Assembly: GCA_963824495.1 (NCBI GenBank)
Contig: CAWGPQ010000014.1
Location: 1-64,000 of the forward strand
Length of the DNA stretch: 64,000 nt
Origin: an uncultured bacterium
Lineage (GTDB): Bacteria; Babelota; Babeliae; Babelales; Babelaceae
Direction of reading: 5' to 3'
Made by a program: the position numbers and the translations under genes. Below, one piece after another: positions 21,092-31,323 of the stretch. A model generated the notes under the pieces. The model saw only the letters and a list, made by a program, of their open reading frames with translations, was not told the DNA's origin and did no database searches. How positions within the stretch are numbered: the stretch's first letter is position 1; every line of letters begins with the position of its first letter.

Positions 21092-22296
21092 AAGTATTTT
21101 TTCATAAGCATTTTTTTATCTTGAGTGACCTGCTGTGGTGCTTTGGGTAATTTTTGAGCAATATAATCTGCTATACGTTCTGCTGCACGCCCATCACCAT
21201 AGAGTTCTTTTATGTTGTGTGAGACGGGATTATCTTGACTGCTATCTTGATTAATAAGCTGTTCAAGTGCATAGAGTATTCGCTCAGGTTCCGTACCGAC
21301 AAGCACTGCTAACCCGGAAGAAACACCTTCAGGTCGTTCTGTGCTATCTCGTAAAATGAGTGTCGGTTTACCCAAGCTTACCGCTTCTTCTTGGACTCCA
21401 CCTGAATCGGTTAATACTATATCAGAGGCTGAAAGCAGGTACACAAAATCCTGATAGTTGAGTGGTGGATATATAATAACCTGTTCATGCTGAGAAAGAT
21501 CTGCTTGATTAAGCACGTTATATAGTAGAGGTTTAGGGTGATAGGGGTAACATACTATAAGTTGTGCATGTCGATTAACTGCTTGTTTGATTGCTGTAAA
21601 TACTTGCATAATGCCATCATAACCTACTTCACGTCTATGTAAAGTAAGTAATGCAAGCGTAGAGCCTTGTGCACGAGAGCGCTCAACGGTCTGATATACT
21701 TCTGGGCTGATACTAACGGTTTGCTCGGCTATCTTGTTTCTCATAGCGTAAAGCGCATCGATACCGGTATTTCCCGTACAATAAATGGTATCAGCAGCGA
21801 TCTCTTGTGCTAAAAGATGTGCGACCGCAGTTGACGTTGGGGCAAAGTGATAGGCTGCAGTAAGGCTAATAGCTCGTCGATTAAATTCTTCAGGAAACGG
21901 TAGACAGATGGTATGCGTGCGCAACCCTGCTTCAACATGTCCGAGGGGAATCTGTTCGTAAAAGGCTGCTAGTGCTGTTGCCATAGCCGTCGTTGTATCG
22001 CCCTGAACAAGCACGAGACCGGGACGAAGCGCACGTAAAACTTCTTGTATTTTTGTTAGCACCTGAGTTGTTATATAAAAAAGATCTTGTTCAGGTTTCA
22101 TAAGATTCAAATCACTATCAGGTATAACACCAAATGCAGTAAAGACAGAGCGTATCATATCAGTATGCTGAGATGTTGAGCATAAATGTACGTTAAAGCC
22201 TTTGCGCCTAAGCGCGTAATAAACAGGTATCATCTTAATTGCTTCAGGTCGTGTTCCAATAACGATAAGAATTGGCTGTAGTGCTGATAGTGCCAT
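21088..22296 (-). CDS. wecB: UDP-GlcNAc 2-epimerase (non-hydrolysing)
   Basis: GTRPEAIK, QGDTTT, HVEAGLR, PFPEE, TDSGGVQEEA, TERPE, YGDG. Confidence 0.95.
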   Translation of the reverse strand: MALSALQPILIVIGTRPEAIKMIPVYYALRRKGFNVHLCSTSQHTDMIRSVFTAFGVIPDSDLNLMKPEQDLFYITTQVLTKIQEVLRALRPGLVLVQGDTTTAMATALAAFYEQIPLGHVEAGLRTHTICLPFPEEFNRRAISLTAAYHFAPTSTAVAHLLAQEIAADTIYCTGNTGIDALYAMRNKIAEQTVSISPEVYQTVERSRAQGSTLALLTLHRREVGYDGIMQVFTAIKQAVNRHAQLIVCYPYHPKPLLYNVLNQADLSQHEQVIIYPPLNYQDFVYLLSASDIVLTDSGGVQEEAVSLGKPTLILRDSTERPEGVSSGLAVLVGTEPERILYALEQLINQDSSQDNPVSHNIKELYGDGRAAERIADYIAQKLPKAPQQVTQDKKMLMKKYL

Positions 22297-22520
22297 CGTG
22301 CTTATTCCTCTAATAACCTCAGCACAACATAGCAGATACTAAAAAGTTGGCAAGAGTAGATCACGTTATATATATCTGCCCGCGATTTTCTTGTAACTCA
22401 CTGTGCTCACCCTCTCGCTTTTTCTTTCTTATAAGCACGTGAAAAAATTAGTAAATTTTGGTATGGTAACAAGAAATTACTGTGATAAACAAAGTTGAAC
22501 GTGCTAACAAGAGGTTCAGT

Positions 22521-25340
22521 ATGAAGCATCTAATAAAAATAGTTATTGGAGTTTTTATAATTGCTTTAGCTGCTCATAATGTATATGCGCAGCAGGAGAT
22601 TGAGCAGCAAAGACTATTTAAAATATGCTGTAACATTCTTAAGTACATTGATCCTTGCCATCACATAACGAGAGATTGGGCACCGGTAATACATAACGAT
22701 AGAGAAGAGCTTAAAGAACAGCTTCAAGCATATCAGCAAGAGCATAGCAACGTATATTTGCACATAGAGAAAGAAATGGCTCCTGATACATCTCATGATC
22801 AGAGAGTTGACAACGCTCCAACAGAATTCCTGATACAGGAGCTTGATAGACAACAAGTATCAGGACACCCTAAAGAGATAATTTGGATTGATCAGAGCGA
22901 TCATCCTCAAATGCATATAGCGCCTGCTCACGATACACCTGTTTGGCACGCACCACCATCGACCCCCGGTGAATCTAGGTATAACACACCTGAAGCACCT
23001 TCAACTAAGGATCAGGAAAAGTCGTCATCGAGGCATAGTGCTCATCATACACAAAAGCCTGATAACGAACAGCACCACATAAGCACGCCATCGGTGTTTG
23101 GTCAATCTTATACTCATGATACCTATGTTCCGGATTCAGTAAGGCCAGGTGATTATGCAGTTATTGGTCAATCAGGAGCCCACGCTGCATCAAAACCCGT
23201 AAAGCTCCGAGACAATCAAGTTGAGATCTGGCAAGAAATATCATTTAATGACTCCATATACTCTCATAAGAAACATATATATGAGTTGTCGGATGATATA
23301 CTTCTGCCTCTCGTTGAACGTAAAAAGCAGGAGGAGTTTAAGAAATACAAAGAATCACTCCTCAAAAAGAAGACACAGCAGCTTGCGAAAGAAACTAAAG
23401 TTGAGACTAATAGATTATTAAGTACGCGAGATTGGAAGCTGGCTGCTCAACATGCTGATAAAACAAGAGCAGACTTTTATAGGCTTCAGCAGGTCGGCGA
23501 ACATTCCCAACCTTCAAGCGAAGAGGAAGTCGACAGAGGTTTTGAAAAAATAAAACTAGCAATAACCGATGCAAATAATCACATACAGACAAGGGCTTTT
23601 GATCGCCTCAAATTAGCACGTGCTAATCTAGAGCTTAGGCAACGAGAAGAAAAATTTGCAACGGATTTTGAAGAAAGTGAGGATCATGCTCGCTTTGTTC
23701 TTGAACTTCAAGCATCCGCAGAAGAAGCTCGCGAAAACAATAATCACACATGGAGTGAGTGGTATAGCAAGAGGGCTGAAGCTCTTCAAAAAACACTTGA
23801 TAACCCTCATCTTTTTGAAGGCAAAATCTATAGGTTGTTTAGAATCACTTCAAACTGTCTGGAAGAGCTTCAGCTAGATCCTTCTAATTTTTTATGGTTT
23901 TATGGCAATAGCATTCAAACGCACCTTCATCATGAGATCGTAGAGATTATTAATGGCACAGCAAAACTGCGTCAAGATTATGCAAAAAATGAGCAGATTA
24001 AAAACTTAACGACCGTTATATTTCAATGTAGCGATACAACACGGCAGTACAACCATCTGGGCAAAATTCGTAAAGCGTGTCTGCTCAATGATGTAGCTTA
24101 CTCTCTTTGGGAATATGGTAAAGCGATTGGACAAGGATTATCAAACTGGGGAGAGGGCTATATAAAGCCAGTACTTCACCCTATCGACACTGTTAAAGAA
24201 ACTATAAGCTCGCTTGAAATGGCAGGCACTACCATTGGTAGACTTATACTTGAGCAAGTTGAGCTTCGTTATCTCAAGCATATCGACGGAAAAGGTTATA
24301 AAGAAAAATACGATGCTCGAACGTTTAGGCTTGATGCGCTTACTGAACTGATACAAGCCAGTCTCGATGAATTTACTAAATTGTCAGGACCCAAGAAAGT
24401 AGAGTATGCCACTACGTTTGTGGCAGATTGGTTCCTTTCTCCCAAATGCTCAGCTCTCTTAAGCAAGCTCTGCTCATTGGCAAAGATAGAAGCGCTTTCG
24501 CTTAAGGGAACAATCTTTGGCTCGACGGCCTTCGGTATACTTTCAGATGAAGATAAAGCAAAAATAATTACCAAAGGCGCGCTTGTTGCTGTTTTAGGCA
24601 AAGGGCTAGATGGTACCAAAGAGTTTGCTAAAGAAGCTTTCTATGTCATGCAAGAACGTGCACAAGATTTTAAGCATTGGGCACGCAAAAATGGTGCAAC
24701 TATACCTGTCGATTCTCATATTTCCCCCGAAAGATTTGAAGAAAGAATACGCCGTGCAGCTTTGATTCGTAACCATCATGGGGAGCAACTAAAAAGCCTT
24801 GAAGAACTTAAAGACGTAACAAAATTCTTTAAGGAATCGAACGTCACTATCCCTCATTTGCCAGGTCTTACCGAAAAACCATTGTTGCTAAAATTTGATC
24901 CTGATCATGCATACTTACCAGACCTCTCTTTCAAAATACCTTCAGGTAAAATAGCAAGGGTTGCAGGCTTACATGCTGATCCAAATGGAACAATTGAGCT
25001 GCTTGGAAAGATAGGCGAGCACTGTCGGCTTGAGGTGCAGAAAACAGGAAAAAGTATCAATGGCTTTGAGGAAGTAATTTATAAGCTAGCTGGTGAAAGA
25101 TCACGCACTAAAAGCATATTTCCTAAAGATTTGTCTTGGATGCAATGTTCAGAAAAAACGGTTGAGGCTGCTAAGAACTTACTAAAAAATACGGCAGATA
25201 TAGGTAAGGATGGTAAGCTTAACGTACATGGTATGACACGTAATGGCGAGATAATTAAATTTATTATTAGACCTCAAAACGGTGTAGTTGATAGCTTTTT
25301 CCCAGACATTGATGAGATGATAAGAAAATTAAATAATTGA
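22521..25340 (+). CDS. secreted polymorphic-toxin-like protein with C-terminal bacterial EndoU nuclease
   Basis: Signal peptide MKHLIKIVIGVFIIALAAHNVYA-QQ; tip DHAY..AGLH..KSIFP..W..GMTRNGEIIKF..GVVDSFFP. Confidence 0.75.
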   Translation: MKHLIKIVIGVFIIALAAHNVYAQQEIEQQRLFKICCNILKYIDPCHHITRDWAPVIHNDREELKEQLQAYQQEHSNVYLHIEKEMAPDTSHDQRVDNAPTEFLIQELDRQQVSGHPKEIIWIDQSDHPQMHIAPAHDTPVWHAPPSTPGESRYNTPEAPSTKDQEKSSSRHSAHHTQKPDNEQHHISTPSVFGQSYTHDTYVPDSVRPGDYAVIGQSGAHAASKPVKLRDNQVEIWQEISFNDSIYSHKKHIYELSDDILLPLVERKKQEEFKKYKESLLKKKTQQLAKETKVETNRLLSTRDWKLAAQHADKTRADFYRLQQVGEHSQPSSEEEVDRGFEKIKLAITDANNHIQTRAFDRLKLARANLELRQREEKFATDFEESEDHARFVLELQASAEEARENNNHTWSEWYSKRAEALQKTLDNPHLFEGKIYRLFRITSNCLEELQLDPSNFLWFYGNSIQTHLHHEIVEIINGTAKLRQDYAKNEQIKNLTTVIFQCSDTTRQYNHLGKIRKACLLNDVAYSLWEYGKAIGQGLSNWGEGYIKPVLHPIDTVKETISSLEMAGTTIGRLILEQVELRYLKHIDGKGYKEKYDARTFRLDALTELIQASLDEFTKLSGPKKVEYATTFVADWFLSPKCSALLSKLCSLAKIEALSLKGTIFGSTAFGILSDEDKAKIITKGALVAVLGKGLDGTKEFAKEAFYVMQERAQDFKHWARKNGATIPVDSHISPERFEERIRRAALIRNHHGEQLKSLEELKDVTKFFKESNVTIPHLPGLTEKPLLLKFDPDHAYLPDLSFKIPSGKIARVAGLHADPNGTIELLGKIGEHCRLEVQKTGKSINGFEEVIYKLAGERSRTKSIFPKDLSWMQCSEKTVEAAKNLLKNTADIGKDGKLNVHGMTRNGEIIKFIIRPQNGVVDSFFPDIDEMIRKLNN

Positions 25341-25834
25341 AAAAAAATATCATGCACATAATAAAATTAAAGAAAAAAACTTATGAAATAGAAGGTGTAA
25401 TCTTAAGCAGACTAGCAAGGGTTAAGTGGGATAGTCATTCGCTAGATAATGTAGCCTCTTTGTTATTAGAAACGGATTTCTCACGTGCTTCATCCCTTAT
25501 TGAATGGTTGCTTGATACGAACTCAAAATATACTAGCAATGGTGCTAATGAATCCGTCATTGAGAAAGAAGAGGATGGTAAAGTTATTGTCGATGACGAC
25601 TATGGTTATAATGAAGAAGATTACGATACCTATGAAGCTTATCTTATGGCCAAAGGAAATTATGAAAAGGGTTTTGTTACGACTAAAGAAAATGTAATAA
25701 GAGTGTTGCAACAATGGCAAGATATCCTAAATAAGGAATCATTGCCCAATGAGCTGCTTATAGTACTAGATGATAATGGCAATGTAAATCTTGTACCTCA
25801 ATTAGAACATCCTACGCCGGAGCTAATAACTTAA
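25337..25834 (+). CDS. putative cognate immunity protein
   Basis: Small acidic ORF overlapping or abutting the toxin stop codon; no leader. Confidence 0.6.
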   Translation: MKKNIMHIIKLKKKTYEIEGVILSRLARVKWDSHSLDNVASLLLETDFSRASSLIEWLLDTNSKYTSNGANESVIEKEEDGKVIVDDDYGYNEEDYDTYEAYLMAKGNYEKGFVTTKENVIRVLQQWQDILNKESLPNELLIVLDDNGNVNLVPQLEHPTPELIT

Positions 25835-26043
25835 TGAAAATTTGATTTAAGGCACCAGAAGAGGTAGGGCACCATTGTGCAACAATAGTAGGCCTCTTTT
25901 GCCTAAAACTATGAGTGATTAAACTAGGTAATACATAAGCAAGGATAGCCAATCCTGAGCTCACTTAATAATAGTTTATACTTGAACTATAGATATTTAC
26001 GACAATCCAATTTTTATTTTGCGGTCTAGGAGAAATTATCGTT

Positions 26044-26695
26044 ATGGCTAGCCATACCACCAATGCAACCAAGATAGGCGAATTCAATCCAGATATCGTT
26101 TTATTATGGGCGATAACAGAGGGAGGTAAAGGAGAAATTGAAGCGCTTATTGCGATGGGTGTCGACCCCAACACCCAAATGGGGATCGTGGTGCTACTCC
26201 ACTCATCTGTGCTGCATATTGTGATAACAAAGATGCTGTTCAAGTGCTCATTTCCGCTGGTGCTCATATCAACGCTCAAAATAGTGATGGTTGGACTCCC
26301 CTTATGTTTGCGCTTTTATCTTCCTCTCCTGATAAAGAAATAGTTAAGTTACTTATTAGCAATGGTGCTGATGTTAATGTTAATTTTAAGAATAAAGGGA
26401 ACTATGTTTCTCTGCTCGTATTGGCTGTATTTCACAACAATAAGGCCATACGGCTATCGTTGAAGCATTGATTTCCGCTGGTGCTCATGTCGACGTTCAA
26501 GATAGCTATGGCCAAACACCGCTTATGATGGCTTGCCCCGAAGGCCATACGGCTATAGTTAGGCTCCTTGTCGATAAGGGTGCGGGTGTTGCGCTAACAT
26601 CTAATAACGGTTTGACCGCACTAAAGGTTGCCCAGGATAAGAACCATAGAGAAATTATTGATATACTCATTGCTCACGGTGCTGCTCAACAATAG
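26044..26695 (+). pseudogene. ankyrin-repeat gene, frameshifted
   Basis: DGWTPLMFA, YGQTPLMMA, NGLTAL split over three frames; internal DNA repeat ATTTCCGCTGGTGCTCAT. Confidence 0.75.
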
Positions 26696-26854
26696 GGAAA
26701 ATAGGTTTATATGTTGCTTTAATCGTAGCTATAAAAAAAGACTATAAATCTGCAATTGAAGCACTTATTGCTGGCCCTGACATCTATGCTCAATGGTCAT
26801 GAAGAAATAGTTAAGTTGTGTATTAGCGATAACACATGTGTTAAAAGATGAGTA

Positions 26855-27538
26855 TTGGGACTTGTAGAAAAGGAAAAATTTTCAAGCAAGTTTAATGGTC
26901 TTGATATTGATCAACTAGCCCAATGCCAATGTACAGCCCCGATAACAAACTCAGCCCAAGAGACTTCTCCTTTCAGTTACGATGTTATACGACAGACGAT
27001 GCAAACGGGTAATCTTGAAGAAGTAGAAAAAATGCTCAAGCAAGGTGCCAATATCAACATCAGGGATGAACGAGGCAGAACGCCTGTTTTTGCTATTGTA
27101 GATGCAGAAGGCAACATTGACAGCGAAATGCATAATATATCTTTGCTTAGGCTCTTGTTAAAATATAAAGCCCGAGTTGATATTCAAGATAACGAAGGTA
27201 TGACGCCTCTGCTTATTGCAAACCAAGCTGCGGTTAACCTTCAAGATGAAGCCGGGTGGACACCGATCCATTGGATAGTTATGTGTGCTCCCCGCAGTGA
27301 AAATAATCGCAAGTTTATAGTAGAGTTACTATTGCATGGTGCTGATATTGATATTCAAGATAATGAAGGGCGTACACCTTTACACTATGCTGCTCTTATC
27401 TCACGAAGTCGCTCGTTCTTACAAGATCCGCTTATCGAATTCTTGACTGACCATGGAGCGAGCACAACAGTGCTTGATGACGACGGTAAGAAACCTTTAG
27501 ATCTTTTTAAAAGCACGCCTGATCCGTGGGATTTTTAG
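26855..27538 (+). CDS. ankyrin-repeat protein (start uncertain, possibly degraded)
   Basis: GRTPVF, GMTPLL, GWTPIHW, GRTPLHYA. Confidence 0.8.
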   Translation: MGLVEKEKFSSKFNGLDIDQLAQCQCTAPITNSAQETSPFSYDVIRQTMQTGNLEEVEKMLKQGANINIRDERGRTPVFAIVDAEGNIDSEMHNISLLRLLLKYKARVDIQDNEGMTPLLIANQAAVNLQDEAGWTPIHWIVMCAPRSENNRKFIVELLLHGADIDIQDNEGRTPLHYAALISRSRSFLQDPLIEFLTDHGASTTVLDDDGKKPLDLFKSTPDPWDF

Positions 27539-27748
27539 GCATTTAAACTGATAGTGCTAGGAACTATAATATTCTTCGGTAGCAATGTGCTTATGCTATA
27601 ATTATGCCCTGGTAAGGTAAATACTGCATCTATTATACGGGGAAACATATTCTTGAGGTCGTCCACAAGGCTATTTAGGAAGAGCTAATTACAAGGAAGA
27701 AGCTCATCTGTCTATAGTGACCCCCTGCGTTAAGACACGAAAATAGAT

Positions 27749-28639
27749 TTATTTAGGAGTCATGTTAACCTCCAAAGGGTTAGACTGGTTTTGTAACTTA
27801 AATTGTGCAAATAACTGTTGTCTTGTAGGCACAACTCTTAAAGCGAAAATGAGGTTTGGCGTGTGATAGTTAAGCGCCTGATGAGGTCGTTTTTGATTAT
27901 AAAAATCAACATAGCTCCGCAAAGCTACTCGAGCCTGATCCACAGTATCAAAACTGTGCAGGTAAACGTTTTCGTACTTTATAGTACGCCATAATCGTTC
28001 GACATGAGCATTATCAGCCCAGCGACCCTTGCCATCCATGCTCACCTTTATACCGTTTCCTTCTAATTGTACGATCCAAGAGGTACTTGTAAACTGGCAT
28101 CCTTGGTCGCTATTAATAATCTCCGGTATGCCATGCTTCAAGGCGTTTTCAAGTGCTTCAAGACATGATTGCGTATCAAGAAAAGTAGATAAGCTCCATC
28201 CCATAATTCTTCTGCTAAAGACATCGAGCAAGCACACTAAATAAACAAAGCCAAGTCGTACCTTTATATAGGTGATGTCAACGGTCCATACCTGATTAGG
28301 GCGATCAATGCTAAGTTCACGTAGAAGATAGGGGTATACTTTGTGTCCCCGATCTCGTATAGTTGTTTTCTTTGTAGGATAAACAGCTTTTATGCCTGCA
28401 AGAGCGAGCAATCCTTGTAACCTCTTGTGATTGATAACGAAGCCTCTTTGCCTCAGAGCAACAAGAATACGGCGATAGCCATAAAATGGTGTTTCTTGAT
28501 AAATACTTCTAACCTCATTCAATATAGTCGCATCGTTACTTTTTAACGGCCTCGGTTGATAATACATCATGCTTCTCGCAACACCCAAAAGTTCGCATTT
28601 TCTTTTTATACCTATCGCTTCATTACCGTGCTCAATCAT
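27749..28639 (-). CDS. IS3 transposase OrfB (DDE)
   Basis: YGYRR, WTVDITY, NSDQGCQF, DNAHVERLWRTIKYE, YNQKRPHQAL. Confidence 0.95.
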   Translation of the reverse strand: MIEHGNEAIGIKRKCELLGVARSMMYYQPRPLKSNDATILNEVRSIYQETPFYGYRRILVALRQRGFVINHKRLQGLLALAGIKAVYPTKKTTIRDRGHKVYPYLLRELSIDRPNQVWTVDITYIKVRLGFVYLVCLLDVFSRRIMGWSLSTFLDTQSCLEALENALKHGIPEIINSDQGCQFTSTSWIVQLEGNGIKVSMDGKGRWADNAHVERLWRTIKYENVYLHSFDTVDQARVALRSYVDFYNQKRPHQALNYHTPNLIFALRVVPTRQQLFAQFKLQNQSNPLEVNMTPK

Positions 28640-28659
28640 CTCTTTGCGTTTTTCACTAC

Positions 28660-28935
28660 TTAACGTTTGAGCACATGTCCTAAAAAATCACGTTCCGCAG
28701 TTAATTGTCCAATAACACGATGCAATCTATCTATTTCTGCTTTATGGTCTACTTCTCGCTTATCTTCAAAGATCTTATTGCTCTCTTCCTCCAGCTGCTT
28801 TTTCCATGCAAATATTTGACTTGCTGAAATGCTATACTCTTGGCATAATTCTGCAACTGTTTTCTTTTCTTTTAGGGCCTCTAGAGCTACCTTACTCTTA
28901 AATGAACTTCCATGTTTCTTGTATATTCTTGCCAT
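28660..28935 (-). CDS. IS3 transposase OrfA (HTH)
   Basis: FKSKVALEAL..TVAELCQEY..QIFAWKK..IGQLTAERDFL. Confidence 0.9.
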   Translation of the reverse strand: MARIYKKHGSSFKSKVALEALKEKKTVAELCQEYSISASQIFAWKKQLEEESNKIFEDKREVDHKAEIDRLHRVIGQLTAERDFLGHVLKR

Positions 28936-29100
28936 GCTTTACCCCAGTAATAGTGATGATCTTTTTGCATCATTATACTCCCCAATTTCTCCAATTACAC
29001 GTGTCTGATTTCTAGGGGTCATTATAGTCCCATGGGGATATAATCGGTTGAGAATGATGGTTACGAACGTGTTAAATGCCCATTATTAATAAGAGTTGCT

Positions 29101-29763
29101 ATGTATAAAATTTACTTTGCTGGTGATTTATTTGACCACAAACATATAACGGGAAATCTTTTATTGTCTTAGAATATTGAAAGACTATCAAATAGCCACT
29201 ATAAGTGTGTGCTTCCTCAGGATTGGGAAGGTAGTTCAATTAAAACTATTGATATCCGTAACAAAGATATTAGAGCAGTAGTGCAATCAGATTTAGTCCT
29301 TTTTAACTTCGATGGTACAGATCTTGATTCTGGTACTGTTGTAGAATTTATAATTGCAAAAATGCTCGATATACCAACAGTTTTATTACGGACTGATTGC
29401 AGAGTTGGCGGATATCTAGAAGGAGAAGATTGGAATCTGATGGTATCGGGGTTTCCTCGTTGTATCACCATCAAGCATGATGCACTGGTAATGTATAATG
29501 AATATGGCTTGGAAAAAACTCATCAAATCATAGCAAGTTCTATTATAGATGCCTTCGAAAAAGTTATCTTAACCAAGTCTTTGTTGAGCACTCATGAAGA
29601 AATATTTTTTGCTTATAACCATGTTGTTAAAATGTGTGGCTCTGAATTACATCAATTACTTAATCAGCTTCTCTTAGCTGAAATAATAGATGCAAAAATA
29701 CAAAAAAATATTTATTGTTTAGTAAGGGCAGATAATAATAATTTAAAGCAAGCGAGTGTATAG
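29101..29763 (+). pseudogene. nucleoside 2-deoxyribosyltransferase family, internal TAG at 29170-29172
   Basis: MYKIYFAGDLF..LLS*NIE..LPQD..DGTDLDSGTVVEF..LRTD in one frame. Confidence 0.8.
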
Positions 29764-29795
29764 AGCTATAACTGAGCTAATGTGCGCGGCTAGTC

Positions 29796-30641
29796 TTAGC
29801 AAGCAAGTGAAATAGAACATTGGGTTGGTATGCAACTATTGATGCGTTGATAGTTGATGATACGTTTTAAAATATCGGGCGCCGTATGCTGTGTTTTTTT
29901 ACCCTGAGTTATTTCAACAAGTCGTGAATACTCGGTTGCAAGATACCAAATGTGAACTTGCTGAATATCAAGCTCCTGCTTTGCTATACAGGCATAATAA
30001 TACGCTGTTTCCTCCATTAGTTGTGCATCGATAGTATATAACAAACGAAATTCAGCATAAGGGTCACCAAGTGCTGCATCCTCAAAATCTATAACTCCGC
30101 ATAAGCGACCACTGTTTTCACGAACTAAAATATTATCGCTATGGAGATCATGGTGTAATAGTACTGTCTTATGTGGCTTTATTGCTAAATTCGTGTATTG
30201 TTCAAGAAAATGCTCAAAGAAGGGTCGTGTTTGATTATCCAACACTTCTTCTAAATACTGCTTTAACATTGCAGGATTTAATGGCCACGCTGTGGGTGTG
30301 AATCCAATAGATTGTGCAAACTCCACAGGAATTGTTGTGTGCAATTCATAAGCAAATAGGGCAAGATCTTTTGCCAGGCGCCCTTTTTGGGCTTTACAGA
30401 GTTTGTGATACGCTGCAGGCGTAAGAGCACTACCAGAAAGTAGACGATAAGAAAACATGTATATACTGGGGCAATATATATCGAGACGAGGTATCTTATA
30501 AGAAAGTTGTCCTTCAAGGAGCCTGAGTAGAGCCATCTCCCGAGCAATAATTGGCTTTTCCTCAAGCAGTTCAGCATGTTTACATATAAAAGGATCACGC
30601 TTTGTCTGAGTCATCACTACCCTATTAACAGGTAAGCACAA
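29796..30641 (-). CDS. aminoglycoside phosphotransferase/choline kinase family protein
   Basis: LLHHDLHSDNIL, GVIDFED, GDPYAEF. Confidence 0.85.
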   Translation of the reverse strand: MCLPVNRVVMTQTKRDPFICKHAELLEEKPIIAREMALLRLLEGQLSYKIPRLDIYCPSIYMFSYRLLSGSALTPAAYHKLCKAQKGRLAKDLALFAYELHTTIPVEFAQSIGFTPTAWPLNPAMLKQYLEEVLDNQTRPFFEHFLEQYTNLAIKPHKTVLLHHDLHSDNILVRENSGRLCGVIDFEDAALGDPYAEFRLLYTIDAQLMEETAYYYACIAKQELDIQQVHIWYLATEYSRLVEITQGKKTQHTAPDILKRIINYQRINSCIPTQCSISLAC

Positions 30642-31062
30642 TATCTTCTAAAAAGGTAGTTAATTGTCGAGGCAAAAATATTTCGCCGCTATTTACCAAC
30701 ATGCGCATGTCCCACCATTTGTGTTCGTAAATGATTTCTTTTTCATCTTCGTTAAGGTACGCAATCGTTGTTTGTGATTGCTGAGTTCGTGCTAAAAATA
30801 TGTGCTCTTTAAACAGCGTAGGGATTCCGTGAAGATCGATAGTAGTCTCATAATACCAACTATGAGGCGTGACAAATTCTGCATTAGTTATACCAGTTTC
30901 TTCACGAGGTTCTCTTTGTGCAGCTTCAAAAGGTGTTTCTCCTTCTTCTATTTTTCCGCCAGGAGTTATCCAACAAAAACCATTATTTAAGCGTGTTTTT
31001 ATGAGCAAGATTTTATTTTTATCACTTAATAATATAGTACGAGATGTAAGTCGCTGATGCAT
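30625..31062 (-). CDS. NUDIX hydrolase
   Basis: PGGKIEEGETPFEAAQREPREETG (Pro inside the Nudix helix). Confidence 0.85.
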   Translation of the reverse strand: MHQRLTSRTILLSDKNKILLIKTRLNNGFCWITPGGKIEEGETPFEAAQREPREETGITNAEFVTPHSWYYETTIDLHGIPTLFKEHIFLARTQQSQTTIAYLNEDEKEIIYEHKWWDMRMLVNSGEIFLPRQLTTFLEDIVLTC

Positions 31063-31164
31063 AAATTTTTACTCTCTTGTGATTTTGGTAGTATAGACAT
31101 CAAGATGTCTTCTTTGGTTCAAAAGTTATTATAACCTAACTAATTACAAATCACAGCAAGACAG

Positions 31165-31314
31165 ATCTCGTGTGCTCAAAGATAATGGCTGGACATCACA
31201 TAACACACTCACGGTGATGTAGAGGCTTATAGAAACGGAAAACATAGTGGTTCTATTGACCCAAGAACCCTCGAATTGTACAAGCCAGCTGTCCCGAACA
31301 GAATTCCTAGATGA
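31165..31314 (+). pseudogene. orphan colicin E3-like (cytotoxic RNase) toxin tip
   Basis: 31204-31314 reads HTHGDVEAYRNGKHSGSIDPRTLELYKPAVPNRIPR*; no start codon, stop codons upstream. Confidence 0.7.
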
Positions 31315-31323
31315 TGTAGTGTT

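Larger units (their letters stand above)
27713..29026 (-). mobile_element. IS3-family insertion sequence, 1314 bp
   Basis: Imperfect terminal IRs TATAGTGACCCCCTGCGTTAAGACACG / TATAATGACCCCTAGAAATCAGACACG; GTC direct repeat at 27710-27712 and 29027-29029; orfA+orfB. Confidence 0.9.

Noticed and set aside
29170..29172. In-frame TAG as amber recoding or an alternative genetic code
   Set aside because: TAG, TGA and TAA all end other genes normally here; a single nonsense change or error is simpler
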